A stretch of 14,011 nt of DNA from UHGV virus genome UHGV-0131161; one strand, 5' to 3'. This DNA is from a virus. Below the pieces are notes generated by a model that had not been told where the DNA came from, made no database searches, and worked only from the letters and a program-made list of their open reading frames with translations. Position 1 is the stretch's first letter, and each line of letters opens with the position of its first letter. The position numbers and the translations under genes were made by a program. Of the stretch, positions 1 through 7,034 are shown in pieces.

Positions 1-934
1 GGTCACGCTCAATATCACGCTGGCATGACTGACATAGCGGAATCGCGTAAATGTCATGCGCGCATAATCGACTATGACGAACGATATAGGGCGTAATGTG
101 AGCACCATCCCCCGCAGCTCCACAAGCACAACATGGACGAGAAGCAACAAAGTCCATGTATTCGGGCAATTTTAGCGATTGCAGTTTTGGTATTTTGAAA
201 TGCGCCATACCTGGATCGGGGTCAACATCCACAGGACATACTTTTGCACGCATCGGCGCGGCGCGTTCTTCCATCATCTGAACATATGCTGTAGCTCGAT
301 CGTCATACGGGCGAATATCCGCCTCTTTCAGAGGTCCGCTATCCTGCGGTGCAGCCTTCATCTTATTTATTGATATGCGGCAGACTTCTTCCGGCATCAG
401 GTGCATCATGTTGCGCATGAAAGCCCACCAGCACAGCTCCTGAATACTTAAATCATGCCCATCTGAAAGGCCCATTTCCTGACGGGCTACATCCAGTATC
501 CAGTTAACGCGATTATTATGCAGCGTTTCTGTCAGCTCATTAAAACCACGCATCCGGTAATGGTTATCGTGATGCCAGCACAACAACACCGCGCTATTGT
601 CTCGTTCAGCGTGGACAATATGGTTGTCACACCAACTACGATCTGCGGCCTGGCATTGCCCCTCTTTCCTACGCAACCACGCCACCAGCGCGTCAATTCC
701 ACCAAGACGACGAAACAGTTCATCGCTGTTAAAAAACGGCTGCAATGCTTCGTTTGTTGCCATGGATTGCTCGGTAACAACGAGGCCATCTTCCATGTGC
801 TCGATTAACTCGCGCGGCACCGGCTCCATAATAAATTTACGGCCAGCCTCCACCAGCTTTCTGACCTCCTGATCCACTTTGAACGTGGCGAGGCCAAGCT
901 CTTTCTGAACAAAGGGAGTAATTACGGCTTTCAC
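1..934 (-). CDS. Hypothetical protein, partial (3' end beyond window start); Cys/His-rich segment near the window edge
   Basis: Open minus-strand frame with no stop from 934 to position 1 (about 311 codons); absent from the ORF track because no stop lies in the window. First in-frame candidate start is GTG at 934-932, preceded by AAGGTG; the upstream in-frame stop is TAA at 962-964. Translation begins [24 protein letters not shown] and ends ...[47 protein letters not shown]. Confidence 0.5.
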   Translation of the reverse strand, partial: MKAVITPFVQKELGLATFKVDQEVRKLVEAGRKFIMEPVPRELIEHMEDGLVVTEQSMATNEALQPFFNSDELFRRLGGIDALVAWLRRKEGQCQAADRSWCDNHIVHAERDNSAVLLCWHHDNHYRMRGFNELTETLHNNRVNWILDVARQEMGLSDGHDLSIQELCWWAFMRNMMHLMPEEVCRISINKMKAAPQDSGPLKEADIRPYDDRATAYVQMMEERAAPMRAKVCPVDVDPDPGMAHFKIPKLQSLKLPEYMDFVASRPCCACGAAGDGAHITPYIVRHSRLCAHDIYAIPLCQSCQRDIERD

Positions 935-961
935 ATCACACCTTTCATCACTGATTGGGCT

Positions 962-1141
962 TTATCTGCTGCCCGGCATTCTCTGTTTAAGCACAACCAT
1001 TTCCTGACGGCATAACACAGCAATAGCAGTCCTGGCTCCAATTTGCTTACCAACCAGGTATTGCTTTACCTTGCGGCGACTCACGCCATCAAGAAGCATC
1101 TTTAACGCTTTACGGGACAATTTGTTGTATTTGCGTGCCAT
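962..1141 (-). CDS. Small basic hypothetical protein (59 aa), downstream of doc
   Basis: Track ORF 962..1162 trimmed to the ATG at 1141, which has GGAG about 9 nt upstream and sits 2 nt after the stop of the preceding gene. Lys/Arg-rich (MARKYNKLSRKALKMLLDGVSRRKVKQYLVGKQ...). Confidence 0.5.
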   Translation of the reverse strand: MARKYNKLSRKALKMLLDGVSRRKVKQYLVGKQIGARTAIAVLCRQEMVVLKQRMPGSR

Positions 1142-1145
1142 TAAT

Positions 1146-1421
1146 CTACTCCGCAGAACCATACAATCTACGTAACGTCATAGCAGTAGATGCAGATATC
1201 GCCCTTATAACTTCCTCCTTACTTACATCACTGCGGGAGAGGATTTCAGAAGGCGATATTTCCTTTAATGACTTCTGCTTCTCTTTGCAGCTCTCGACCA
1301 GTTCCGCAGGAATAACAAACCTGCTATCAATCGGCACAAGTTCATCAAGCGTTTGTTTGGGTACGTTAAACGTAGGAACCTTAAACGCCGCAGATTCAGT
1401 TCTTAAGTTAATTCTCGTCAT
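1146..1421 (-). CDS. Hypothetical protein (91 aa), immediately downstream of doc
   Basis: ATG at 1421 with GGAG about 10 nt upstream. C-terminus TLRRLYGSAE resembles the Doc C-terminus in this window ([10 protein letters not shown]). Confidence 0.55.
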   Translation of the reverse strand: MTRINLRTESAAFKVPTFNVPKQTLDELVPIDSRFVIPAELVESCKEKQKSLKEISPSEILSRSDVSKEEVIRAISASTAMTLRRLYGSAE

Positions 1422-1440
1422 AGTTTCGTTACTCCACTAC

Positions 1441-1821
1441 TCAAGTATTGGAACCATATAGTTCACGTAGCTTTTCTGCGACGGAAGATACGGCGATTTC
1501 ACCAGTCGCAGCCCCTACAGTAAGGTCTGCCAGTTCAGGTGAATCAAATACCTGCACCCCGTTACGGCGTAGAAATAGCAGCGCACTGTTTAGCGCGGTA
1601 CGCTTATTGGCATCATTGAATATATGCCCTCTCGCAGTAGCCACCAGGTAGGTGGCGGAGACTTCGAAAAGGTCGGTGATCTCTTCGTAGGCAACTCTGG
1701 CCTGAACTCTCCCGATAATGGCCTCTGCCCTACCCGGATCTGACATTCCCGGCAGGCCGCCGTAGCGGTTTATATTCGCATCATGAAGCGCAATAAGTTC
1801 TTCCGGTGATATATGCCTCAT
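1441..1821 (-). CDS. doc: Doc toxin (Fic-fold, death-on-curing) of the phd-doc toxin-antitoxin pair
   Basis: 126-aa product [95 protein letters not shown]... matches my recollection of P1 Doc nearly residue for residue. Start ATG shares one nucleotide with the phd stop (TAATG). Confidence 0.93.
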   Translation of the reverse strand: MRHISPEELIALHDANINRYGGLPGMSDPGRAEAIIGRVQARVAYEEITDLFEVSATYLVATARGHIFNDANKRTALNSALLFLRRNGVQVFDSPELADLTVGAATGEIAVSSVAEKLRELYGSNT

Positions 1822-2042
1822 TATCGGTTAACCAGTTCCTTGTTGGTGGAGTCCAGGGTGTCAAACAGGGATGCAAATTCAGCATCCAGCGCCGCTTTTT
1901 TGTAGGCTTCGAAAGTAGCCTTGCTGACAATTACTGCTGGCTCACGGCCTCTGCGGGTGATTTCAACCTCTTCCCCGGCTTCAACATTGTTGAGCACTTC
2001 AGAAAGGTTGCCGCGCGCGGTACGGAAGTTAATGGATTGCAT
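1821..2042 (-). CDS. phd: Phd antitoxin (Phd/YefM family)
   Basis: 73-aa product [73 protein letters not shown] from the ATG at 2042 (GAGGTG 5 nt upstream). The track start at 2048 is an upstream GTG; the shorter form matches P1 Phd as I recall it. Confidence 0.93.
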   Translation of the reverse strand: MQSINFRTARGNLSEVLNNVEAGEEVEITRRGREPAVIVSKATFEAYKKAALDAEFASLFDTLDSTNKELVNR

Positions 2043-2048
2043 AAACAC

Positions 2049-2080
2049 CTCGTGTACTCGTTATGTGTACACAATTATAA
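2049..2080 (-). promoter_or_regulatory. phd-doc promoter/operator region: -10 TATAAT plus two GTGTAC core motifs
   Basis: On the minus strand, TATAAT (complement of 2074-2079) is followed by the perfect 10-bp palindrome TGTGTACACA (2064-2073) and a second GTGTAC core (2052-2057), all just upstream of the phd RBS. Layout fits autoregulation by Phd/Doc binding palindromic operators. Confidence 0.55.
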
Positions 2081-2114
2081 ACCTCACAGGCATAAAGCAC
2101 CAGCCCTTTGCAGC

Positions 2115-2504
2115 TTAAATAACCGGACAATCATCAAACTCCCCACTTCGGGCATCATTGATGACATGAGTGATCACACCAAAAACAGCATTACTGCCCG
2201 TGCATCCATCGTCATCTACTGGTAACGCCTCTTTCTTCCCGGTGCTTAAATCCTCCAGGTGCTGGCGCGGATACTTCCTGTATCTCTTTATGCGATATTC
2301 ACCCTCCATAGCGCATATAAGCAGTGAACCATCAACCGGAGTAAGTGAGGAATCAACCACCAGCAAAGCACCTTGCAATATTCCCTCACGGTGATGGCTG
2401 TCTGCCGCCCGCATGAAGTAGGTCGCGGAAGGATGTCTGATTAGTTGCTGATCAAGAGAAATGCGGCTCTCTGCATAATCCGCCGCAGGAGAAGGGAAGC
2501 CCAT
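2115..2504 (-). CDS. humD: UmuD'-like protein (S24 LexA/UmuD family), naturally lacking the N-terminal arm upstream of the UmuD cleavage site
   Basis: Product begins [30 protein letters not shown], aligning with E. coli UmuD from Gly25 ([29 protein letters not shown]). The catalytic Ser (DSH for GDSM) and Lys (EYRIKRY for EFTVKKL) are retained. RBS AAGGT upstream of the ATG at 2504. The arrangement LexA box, humD, phd, doc matches P1. Confidence 0.9.
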   Translation of the reverse strand: [129 protein letters not shown]

Positions 2505-2522
2505 AGCGTTTTACCTTAATGA

Positions 2523-2542
2523 TACTGTTTATTCATACAGTA
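2523..2542 (-). promoter_or_regulatory. LexA box (SOS operator) in the humD promoter
   Basis: TACTGTTTATTCATACAGTA is a perfect CTGT-N8-ACAG match, 19 nt upstream of the humD start. On the minus strand it is immediately preceded by TATACT (-10-like), with TTCACA about 18 nt further upstream (-35-like). Confidence 0.85.
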
Positions 2543-2627
2543 TACATTGAAAAGGCATAGTTTGTGAAAGCGGGGTTTGTAGGCGCGCCACGCTGGGGGC
2601 TAATCACATTTCTCCCCCATCTTGCCG

Positions 2628-2879
2628 TTATTTTTTTGGTGCATCCTCGTTCTGATACACCGGATCGCTCCCTTTTGGCAACTGGAGGCTTAACTGCCGG
2701 TAGTGCCGTAGCCGTTCCATGAAATAGGCGCGCAGGTTTTCCGGTTGCTCACGGGCCACCTGCTCTGCAATCACAGGTATATTCAGCCGTTCTTTGTAAG
2801 CAACGCCGCTGGCGGCAAGGTCTACGTTCACCTTGTCTCGCTCTTCCTGGCTTTTAGCTGCTATATTTCGATCTGACAT
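2628..2879 (-). CDS. hot: Homolog of DNA polymerase III theta subunit (HolE-like)
   Basis: Core [43 protein letters not shown] aligns with E. coli HolE ([43 protein letters not shown]). GGGAGG sits 6 nt upstream of the ATG at 2879. Position just upstream of humD fits P1 hot. Confidence 0.8.
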   Translation of the reverse strand: MSDRNIAAKSQEERDKVNVDLAASGVAYKERLNIPVIAEQVAREQPENLRAYFMERLRHYRQLSLQLPKGSDPVYQNEDAPKK

Positions 2880-2910
2880 AAGAACCTCCCGGAGTTAGTG
2901 GATCAGGCAC

Positions 2911-3267
2911 ATGCACAATAACGTTCTCAATGTTAGCCGTTCAATTCAGACAATCAGAGACTGCACCAGTGTGGTGGCATCAATCCCATTGCGAAATAGC
3001 ATAGACGAACTGCAAATTCGTGTATTGAACCTGAATCATGCCAATGCAATTAAGCAATTGCGCTTTATTTTGACGCTTAAAAGTGAAGCAGAGGGGGTAA
3101 AGCACAGCGTAAAAGTGTTTTCTGAGGCCATTCTGCTTAATGGGAAGCTCCGGCATCTGGTAAGGCCAGAACGTCAATATCCTGACGTCCTGGCTCGTGA
3201 AAAATACCTTCTTTCCGAAGTTCAAGATAAGGTGATCGATTTCGTTAAATCTCATCCCCTGCATTGA
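2911..3267 (+). CDS. Hypothetical protein (118 aa); the only plausible plus-strand gene, strand assignment uncertain
   Basis: AT-rich segment; the plus-frame product has ordinary composition with several rare codons (AGA, ATA, CGA, AGG, CGG). A competing antisense ORF (2980..3264, minus) cannot be excluded. Only 31 bp separate its ATG from the hot start and there is no clear RBS. Confidence 0.3.
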   Translation: MHNNVLNVSRSIQTIRDCTSVVASIPLRNSIDELQIRVLNLNHANAIKQLRFILTLKSEAEGVKHSVKVFSEAILLNGKLRHLVRPERQYPDVLAREKYLLSEVQDKVIDFVKSHPLH

Positions 3268-3306
3268 GAGCAGGTGTTCCTCTTTGTAACAAAGATGCCA
3301 CCAGCA

Positions 3307-3573
3307 TTATGGTTCGCATTTCCAAATGGTGTTCTGAACGCCCGTGCCGGGCGCGAGATGTGGATTAGCGTTCGCGCTATGCTGATATACGGCTTTAGAC
3401 TTTCCATATTGCTGACAGGCTTTATCTGCGGTTTTTTGCAGACTATCCAGCCCATACCAGCCATCTGACTGGATGCTTACCTTTTCACCGTCGTTGTATT
3501 GCACCATTGCACACCCAGACATAGCCAAGATCGCGCCGACAATAACGCTTTTCCATAAAACTCTATGCAACAT
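3307..3573 (-). CDS. Small secreted protein or lipoprotein candidate (88 aa)
   Basis: From the ATG at 3573 (GAGGGG upstream): MLHRVLWKSVIVGAILAMSGC..., a basic N-region, hydrophobic core and a Cys in lipobox-like context (AMSGC; Met at -3 is atypical). The track start at 3579 is an upstream TTG. Confidence 0.5.
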   Translation of the reverse strand: MLHRVLWKSVIVGAILAMSGCAMVQYNDGEKVSIQSDGWYGLDSLQKTADKACQQYGKSKAVYQHSANANPHLAPGTGVQNTIWKCEP

Positions 3574-3578
3574 ATACA

Positions 3579-3608
3579 AAAATCCCCTCTGTGAATTGAG
3601 GGGATTTT
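3579..3608 (-). terminator. Perfect 11-bp-stem hairpin ending the long minus-strand operon, overlapping the RBS of the following gene
   Basis: AAAATCCCCTC (3579-3589), 8-nt loop, GAGGGGATTTT (3598-3608). On the minus strand the stem is followed by a T-run (ATTTTTGTAT). The GAGGGG arm doubles as the RBS of the 3307..3573 gene. Confidence 0.5.
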
Positions 3609-3682
3609 AGCATGGTGATCAGATATCAGCTTTATTCAGAATTTTACCCACCAGCTATGTGATTTTTTCTGACAGGTCATCT

Positions 3683-4489
3683 TTAATACTTGCACTTATG
3701 ACATGCGAATCTCCACTGTTCATGGTCAAAGCACCAGAATACTTCCCTGGGCAGATTGTGTTTTTTCATTTGCGCCAGCACGTGCGTTGGCGTATTTGCG
3801 GGGATTTCTGGTAGCAAAGCCTTAGCCATTTCATGAATTAACATAGCATCTATTACCCCAAGCGTATGCCCAGCCTTAATCTTTAATGCGGTTTCAAGAT
3901 GGCCCCTTTCCAGAGTTGTACTCACTCTTGGCTTCGGCGCTTGTGGATGGGTATCCAGACGGTTGCCAGATTCATAGGCTACCCGCAGCCAGTGCATGAA
4001 TGTTTCCGTAGACACACAACCGCAGTCCTGGTCGATTTTTTCGTGTTGCTGCCCCAGCCACTGCTCAAAATTTAACTTGTTGGATGCTTCTAGAGCCTCT
4101 TCGTATTGTTTGCGCGAAATTATTTCCGTGTATTCCTCACGATCAAGGTTACTTATCGGGAGTCTGACCTCAAGGCAAAAATGGCGTCCTCGCAGGCTTT
4201 TTGCCGGGTCAGAGCCAAAAGCAAAGAGGCCATATGATGGTTCATACTCGTCCTCTCTAACCATGCGACAATCGAGCACATCATCAGGCCACCCTCCACG
4301 CTTTGGCAGCTCCTGCACCAATAAGTCAATCAGCTTTATTGTTTCACCATCCTTGCAGGTTGCTAACGCTATTTTGGCAAGCTCCAACACCTCATCTGCC
4401 GTATATCCAGCACCGTGACCATACATTTCTATTCGTGCGATAATGTCCAATAAACGAGTTTTAGTTATCCTCATATCGCTCACCATCAT
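3683..4489 (-). CDS. Hypothetical protein (268 aa), last gene of the five-gene coupled block
   Basis: Start reassigned to the ATG at 4489, which overlaps the stop of the upstream membrane-protein gene (ATGA); the track's 4588 start would overlap that gene by about 100 nt. No motif recognised. Confidence 0.6.
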   Translation of the reverse strand: MMVSDMRITKTRLLDIIARIEMYGHGAGYTADEVLELAKIALATCKDGETIKLIDLLVQELPKRGGWPDDVLDCRMVREDEYEPSYGLFAFGSDPAKSLRGRHFCLEVRLPISNLDREEYTEIISRKQYEEALEASNKLNFEQWLGQQHEKIDQDCGCVSTETFMHWLRVAYESGNRLDTHPQAPKPRVSTTLERGHLETALKIKAGHTLGVIDAMLIHEMAKALLPEIPANTPTHVLAQMKKHNLPREVFWCFDHEQWRFACHKCKY

Positions 4490-4794
4490 AGATACACAAA
4501 AACCAAAACCCAAAGGCAGGCGACAGTAGGGACGGTAAAATCCTGCAAGCTCGCCATATCCCATACGCGTGGATCGAAACCGCCCCACCAGGGCATATTG
4601 CTGCGCTTACCGTTCCCGAACTTGTTTATCCATCGGTATTCAGCCTGGGTGTGTTCACGCGCAATAAAGAACGTGATCCCTGCTATCGCTCCATAAATCC
4701 AGTTGCCAGTTAATGTGCCCATAAGCACCTGAGCTAAAACGGCACAAGCCGCATGTAATAATGGGGTAATATCAAAGGACTTATTATTTTTCAT
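4486..4794 (-). CDS. Small membrane protein (102 aa), predicted transmembrane segments
   Basis: Hydrophobic stretches LLHAACAVLAQVLMGTLTGNWIYGAIAGITFFIA and VPTVACLWVLVFVYL. Stop overlaps the start of the 268-aa gene (ATGA). Confidence 0.6.
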   Translation of the reverse strand: MKNNKSFDITPLLHAACAVLAQVLMGTLTGNWIYGAIAGITFFIAREHTQAEYRWINKFGNGKRSNMPWWGGFDPRVWDMASLQDFTVPTVACLWVLVFVYL

Positions 4795-5170
4795 TGCGTG
4801 ACATCCTCTTCCATTTCTTTTCGCATTCCTTAGTCCAATTTTTAATGTTCATTTTGGCAATGTCAGTCATTCCATCGCCTAAGAAATACTTTTTCCGGTA
4901 TGTCTTACACTTAAACCACACTACAATAGCCACCAACCAGAAAATAAAAGGCCATACAGCAATGCCAACGACAGCCGCGATAAAGCCCAATAGCCATAAA
5001 TGAAGCTCTCCTACTTCTGTTTCAGGCAATATCTTTAAAGAGTTAAACAGCAGACTGAACGAATGGTCGTATGCAGTGGCGGTATAAGACATGCAATCCA
5101 TATAATTAAAATCATAGCCTGCGGCTGCCGCCCATAATGGGCGGTCAAGAAAATGTTTGAATGTCATCAT
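4784..5170 (-). CDS. Membrane protein (128 aa) with a long hydrophobic segment and Lys-rich C-terminus
   Basis: Segment LWLLGFIAAVVGIAVWPFIFWLVAIVVWF followed by a KK-rich tail. Its start is 7 nt after the upstream stop and its 3' end overlaps the next gene by 11 nt. Confidence 0.6.
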   Translation of the reverse strand: MMTFKHFLDRPLWAAAAGYDFNYMDCMSYTATAYDHSFSLLFNSLKILPETEVGELHLWLLGFIAAVVGIAVWPFIFWLVAIVVWFKCKTYRKKYFLGDGMTDIAKMNIKNWTKECEKKWKRMSRNEK

Positions 5171-5176
5171 ATGAAT

Positions 5177-5470
5177 TTAAGGTTCAGACCAGTTATCTTC
5201 AATAACAATACTTAATCTCTGTAGCCATTCTGCTAATTTCAGCATTGCTTCTCTTTCGCTTAACCCGCGCGGGAAATCATCAAGCGATATTGTTGGCTTG
5301 AAGTTCCCGAAATTATCCATTTCAACGGTCAGATTTTGCTCCAGCACGGTATTCCTTGCGCGACTATTGTGCCGAAGCAAATATACTGAATGTGATTCAT
5401 TGGTTTTGTGGTCGAACGTATATTCGGTAAGTATCATCTGGCTTTTGCCATGACTATTACCTCTCCACAT
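5177..5470 (-). CDS. Hypothetical soluble protein (97 aa)
   Basis: Start reassigned to the ATG at 5470 (GAGGT 5 nt upstream), immediately after the stop of the 40-aa peptide ORF. The track's longer form from 5566 would overlap that ORF. Confidence 0.55.
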   Translation of the reverse strand: MWRGNSHGKSQMILTEYTFDHKTNESHSVYLLRHNSRARNTVLEQNLTVEMDNFGNFKPTISLDDFPRGLSEREAMLKLAEWLQRLSIVIEDNWSEP

Positions 5471-5477
5471 ACTTACC

Positions 5478-5600
5478 TCACTTAATAAAACAACTCCATG
5501 CGTAGTTGATGATTTTTTCCCACGCAATATAAATCTGCACTCCGGCAGTAAAACCAAAGCCAACAATTGCTGAAAAAATCAAAATATTTACTTTTGACAT
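5478..5600 (-). CDS. Small hydrophobic peptide (40 aa), not in the ORF track
   Basis: ATG at 5600 to TGA at 5478-5480 gives MSKVNILIFSAIVGFGFTAGVQIYIAWEKIINYAWSCFIK, with a single predicted transmembrane helix. Its stop lies 8 nt before the next start. Found by manual translation. Confidence 0.4.
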   Translation of the reverse strand: MSKVNILIFSAIVGFGFTAGVQIYIAWEKIINYAWSCFIK

Positions 5601-5648
5601 TATAAAATTTCTCTCGGTGCAGTAGGTGATAGCACCATAATTGATAAT

Positions 5649-5882
5649 TTAGTGAGTTAGCAGTTCCATTTTTTTGATGATTTCCGCATGAGCATCATCG
5701 TTATCAACACTTAGCTCGTTTAATGCTTCTCGCACTACATCAACCTCTTCAGGCTGAAGGAAGTCGTCGCGGTAATCACCAAATAGAACCGAAACCAGCC
5801 TGCCACCAGCAACATCAAGATTGGCGCTAACAGGTGGCTCTTTGCCATCCTCAAATTCGACTACAAAAGTTAATTTTCCCAT
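5649..5882 (-). CDS. Hypothetical acidic protein (77 aa)
   Basis: ATG at 5882 with a strong RBS (AGGGGG) that overlaps the stop of the 27-aa peptide ORF. The track start at 5900 is a TTG. Product MGKLTFVVEFEDGKEPPV.... Confidence 0.6.
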   Translation of the reverse strand: MGKLTFVVEFEDGKEPPVSANLDVAGGRLVSVLFGDYRDDFLQPEEVDVVREALNELSVDNDDAHAEIIKKMELLTH

Positions 5883-5884
5883 CG

Positions 5885-5968
5885 TTACCCCCTGCGACAA
5901 ATTGAATACACAACCAGTGCTACCGCCATTGCAATTCCGACCGTGGTGAATGCCTCAGGCCAGCTCAT
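5885..5968 (-). CDS. Small hydrophobic peptide (27 aa), not in the ORF track
   Basis: ATG at 5968 overlaps the DUF551 gene stop (ATGA), with GGAGG 6 nt upstream. Product MSWPEAFTTVGIAMAVALVVYSICRRG. Its TAA lies inside the RBS of the next gene. Confidence 0.4.
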   Translation of the reverse strand: MSWPEAFTTVGIAMAVALVVYSICRRG

Positions 5969-6669
5969 TGATCGACCTCCTGCGGCGGTTCTGGTAGCGA
6001 CATCCAGTCGGTTACATTGCGACTCTGTGTTTCGAAAAATTCATCACCATTGCGGACAATATCGAAAAACTCTCCGTCTCGATATTGCGCATAAAGAACG
6101 AATGCGCCATCACATAAAATAATTACGTGCTGACCATCCTCTGGCATTCGCTCACTACAGCTTATCCAACCATCCGGAGTTACCGGATAGTTGCCATTCA
6201 CAAGGTCAGCTCGAACATATAGCGTGTCATCATGGTGCTGATTGTGGCTGCACCACGTTAATTCGCTTAACTCGCCATCTTCTGGCCATACTCCAGCTGT
6301 TTGCAGCCAGATATGGGCTGGCGCATCTTGGCAAGGTGTATTAACTGGCAACTTGTAAGTTTGGCTTACAGGTTGGCTACCCTGAAGCATGGCAGCGTGG
6401 CAGGCATCCTCTACGCCCTTTACTGCATCTGCGCAGTAGTTATAGCGATTGCATTCCACTAATTTCCGTTTGAGTTTTTCAATTGCTTGCGCGACATCAG
6501 CCTGTATTTCCGGAACTGGCGGTTCTGCCCGGCCTTTCCAGCCTTCCCACATGGCAGCCATCATCACGAACCAAGCGTTTCCACAGCCATCTTTTTTGTT
6601 ATCAAAGAACCAGTCAGCGAACTCTAGGCTCATGCCATTTTGTTCTGCTATTTCATATCGATTATCCAT
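5965..6669 (-). CDS. DUF551-domain phage protein (234 aa)
   Basis: C-terminal GWISCSERMPEDGQHVIIL...DGEFFDI...VTDWMSLPEPPQ matches the DUF551 signature as I recall it (W-I-S-x-E-R-L-P-E ... T-H-W-M-P-L-P-E-P-P). Confidence 0.7.
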   Translation of the reverse strand: MDNRYEIAEQNGMSLEFADWFFDNKKDGCGNAWFVMMAAMWEGWKGRAEPPVPEIQADVAQAIEKLKRKLVECNRYNYCADAVKGVEDACHAAMLQGSQPVSQTYKLPVNTPCQDAPAHIWLQTAGVWPEDGELSELTWCSHNQHHDDTLYVRADLVNGNYPVTPDGWISCSERMPEDGQHVIILCDGAFVLYAQYRDGEFFDIVRNGDEFFETQSRNVTDWMSLPEPPQEVDQ

Positions 6670-7033
6670 TGTTCTTCTCCTTGTTTAGCATGGCAGCACG
6701 GCAGGCATTCCAGCCTCTCACCTCTGCAATAGCGGCAACAGCATCGACCGCGTACATTTTAAGAGGGTTGGGCATTGGTTTTTCTTCAGGTACTACTGGC
6801 ACTGGAGTGGCGGCATAAACAGGAATAACGTCCGCTTGCTCTTTATTGCTTTCATCCGTTAAAGCCCAGAATAATTTCCCGGCAGGATGTTTGAAAATAT
6901 AAGCAACTGGATCTGCTTCCAGCGATGCCAGTGCAATTTCATAAGCACGGCGCTCAATATTGTCTCGAACGTCCAAGCTGCCTATGCGCTCTTTGATTTC
7001 TTTAATCAGTTCTTTGTCGGTAAAAGTGGTCAT
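6662..7033 (-). CDS. Hypothetical phage protein (123 aa) sharing a short motif with the adjacent DUF551 gene
   Basis: C-terminal GWNACRAAML parallels ACHAAML in the DUF551 protein, with a 20-nt DNA match. ATG at 7033 lies 1 nt after the Ea22-like gene stop. Confidence 0.6.
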   Translation of the reverse strand: MTTFTDKELIKEIKERIGSLDVRDNIERRAYEIALASLEADPVAYIFKHPAGKLFWALTDESNKEQADVIPVYAATPVPVVPEEKPMPNPLKMYAVDAVAAIAEVRGWNACRAAMLNKEKNNG

Positions 7034-7034
7034 G

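Noticed and set aside
179-872. Track ORFs 179..373(+), 518..808(+), 532..789(-) and 597..872(+)
   Set aside because: All lie inside the long open minus-strand frame 1..934 in other frames or on the opposite strand, and their products have odd composition; treated as shadow ORFs.
1135-1651. Plus-strand ORFs 1135..1461 and 1448..1651
   Set aside because: Antisense to the well-supported doc gene and its downstream ORF; Ser/Thr-rich shadow translations.
2594-2619. TGGGGG...CCCCCA inverted repeat between hot and humD as a terminator
   Set aside because: The 14-nt loop and lack of an adjacent U-tract on either strand make it an unconvincing intrinsic terminator; also overlapped by a GGCGCGCC palindrome of no obvious function.
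2980-3264. Minus-strand ORF 2980..3264 as an alternative to the plus-strand gene 2911..3267
   Set aside because: Its product is rich in F/Y/W/Q and looks less protein-like, and its RBS spacing is poor. Not fully excluded, because it would match the strand of all neighbours.
3252-3579. Track ORFs 3252..3464(-) and 3274..3468(+) overlapping the small secreted-protein gene
   Set aside because: Alternative frame and antisense of the 3307..3573 gene, which has a signal-peptide-like N-terminus and an RBS.
3996-5003. Plus-strand ORFs 3996..4418 and 4794..5003
   Set aside because: Antisense to the coupled minus-strand genes; low-complexity Ser-rich products.
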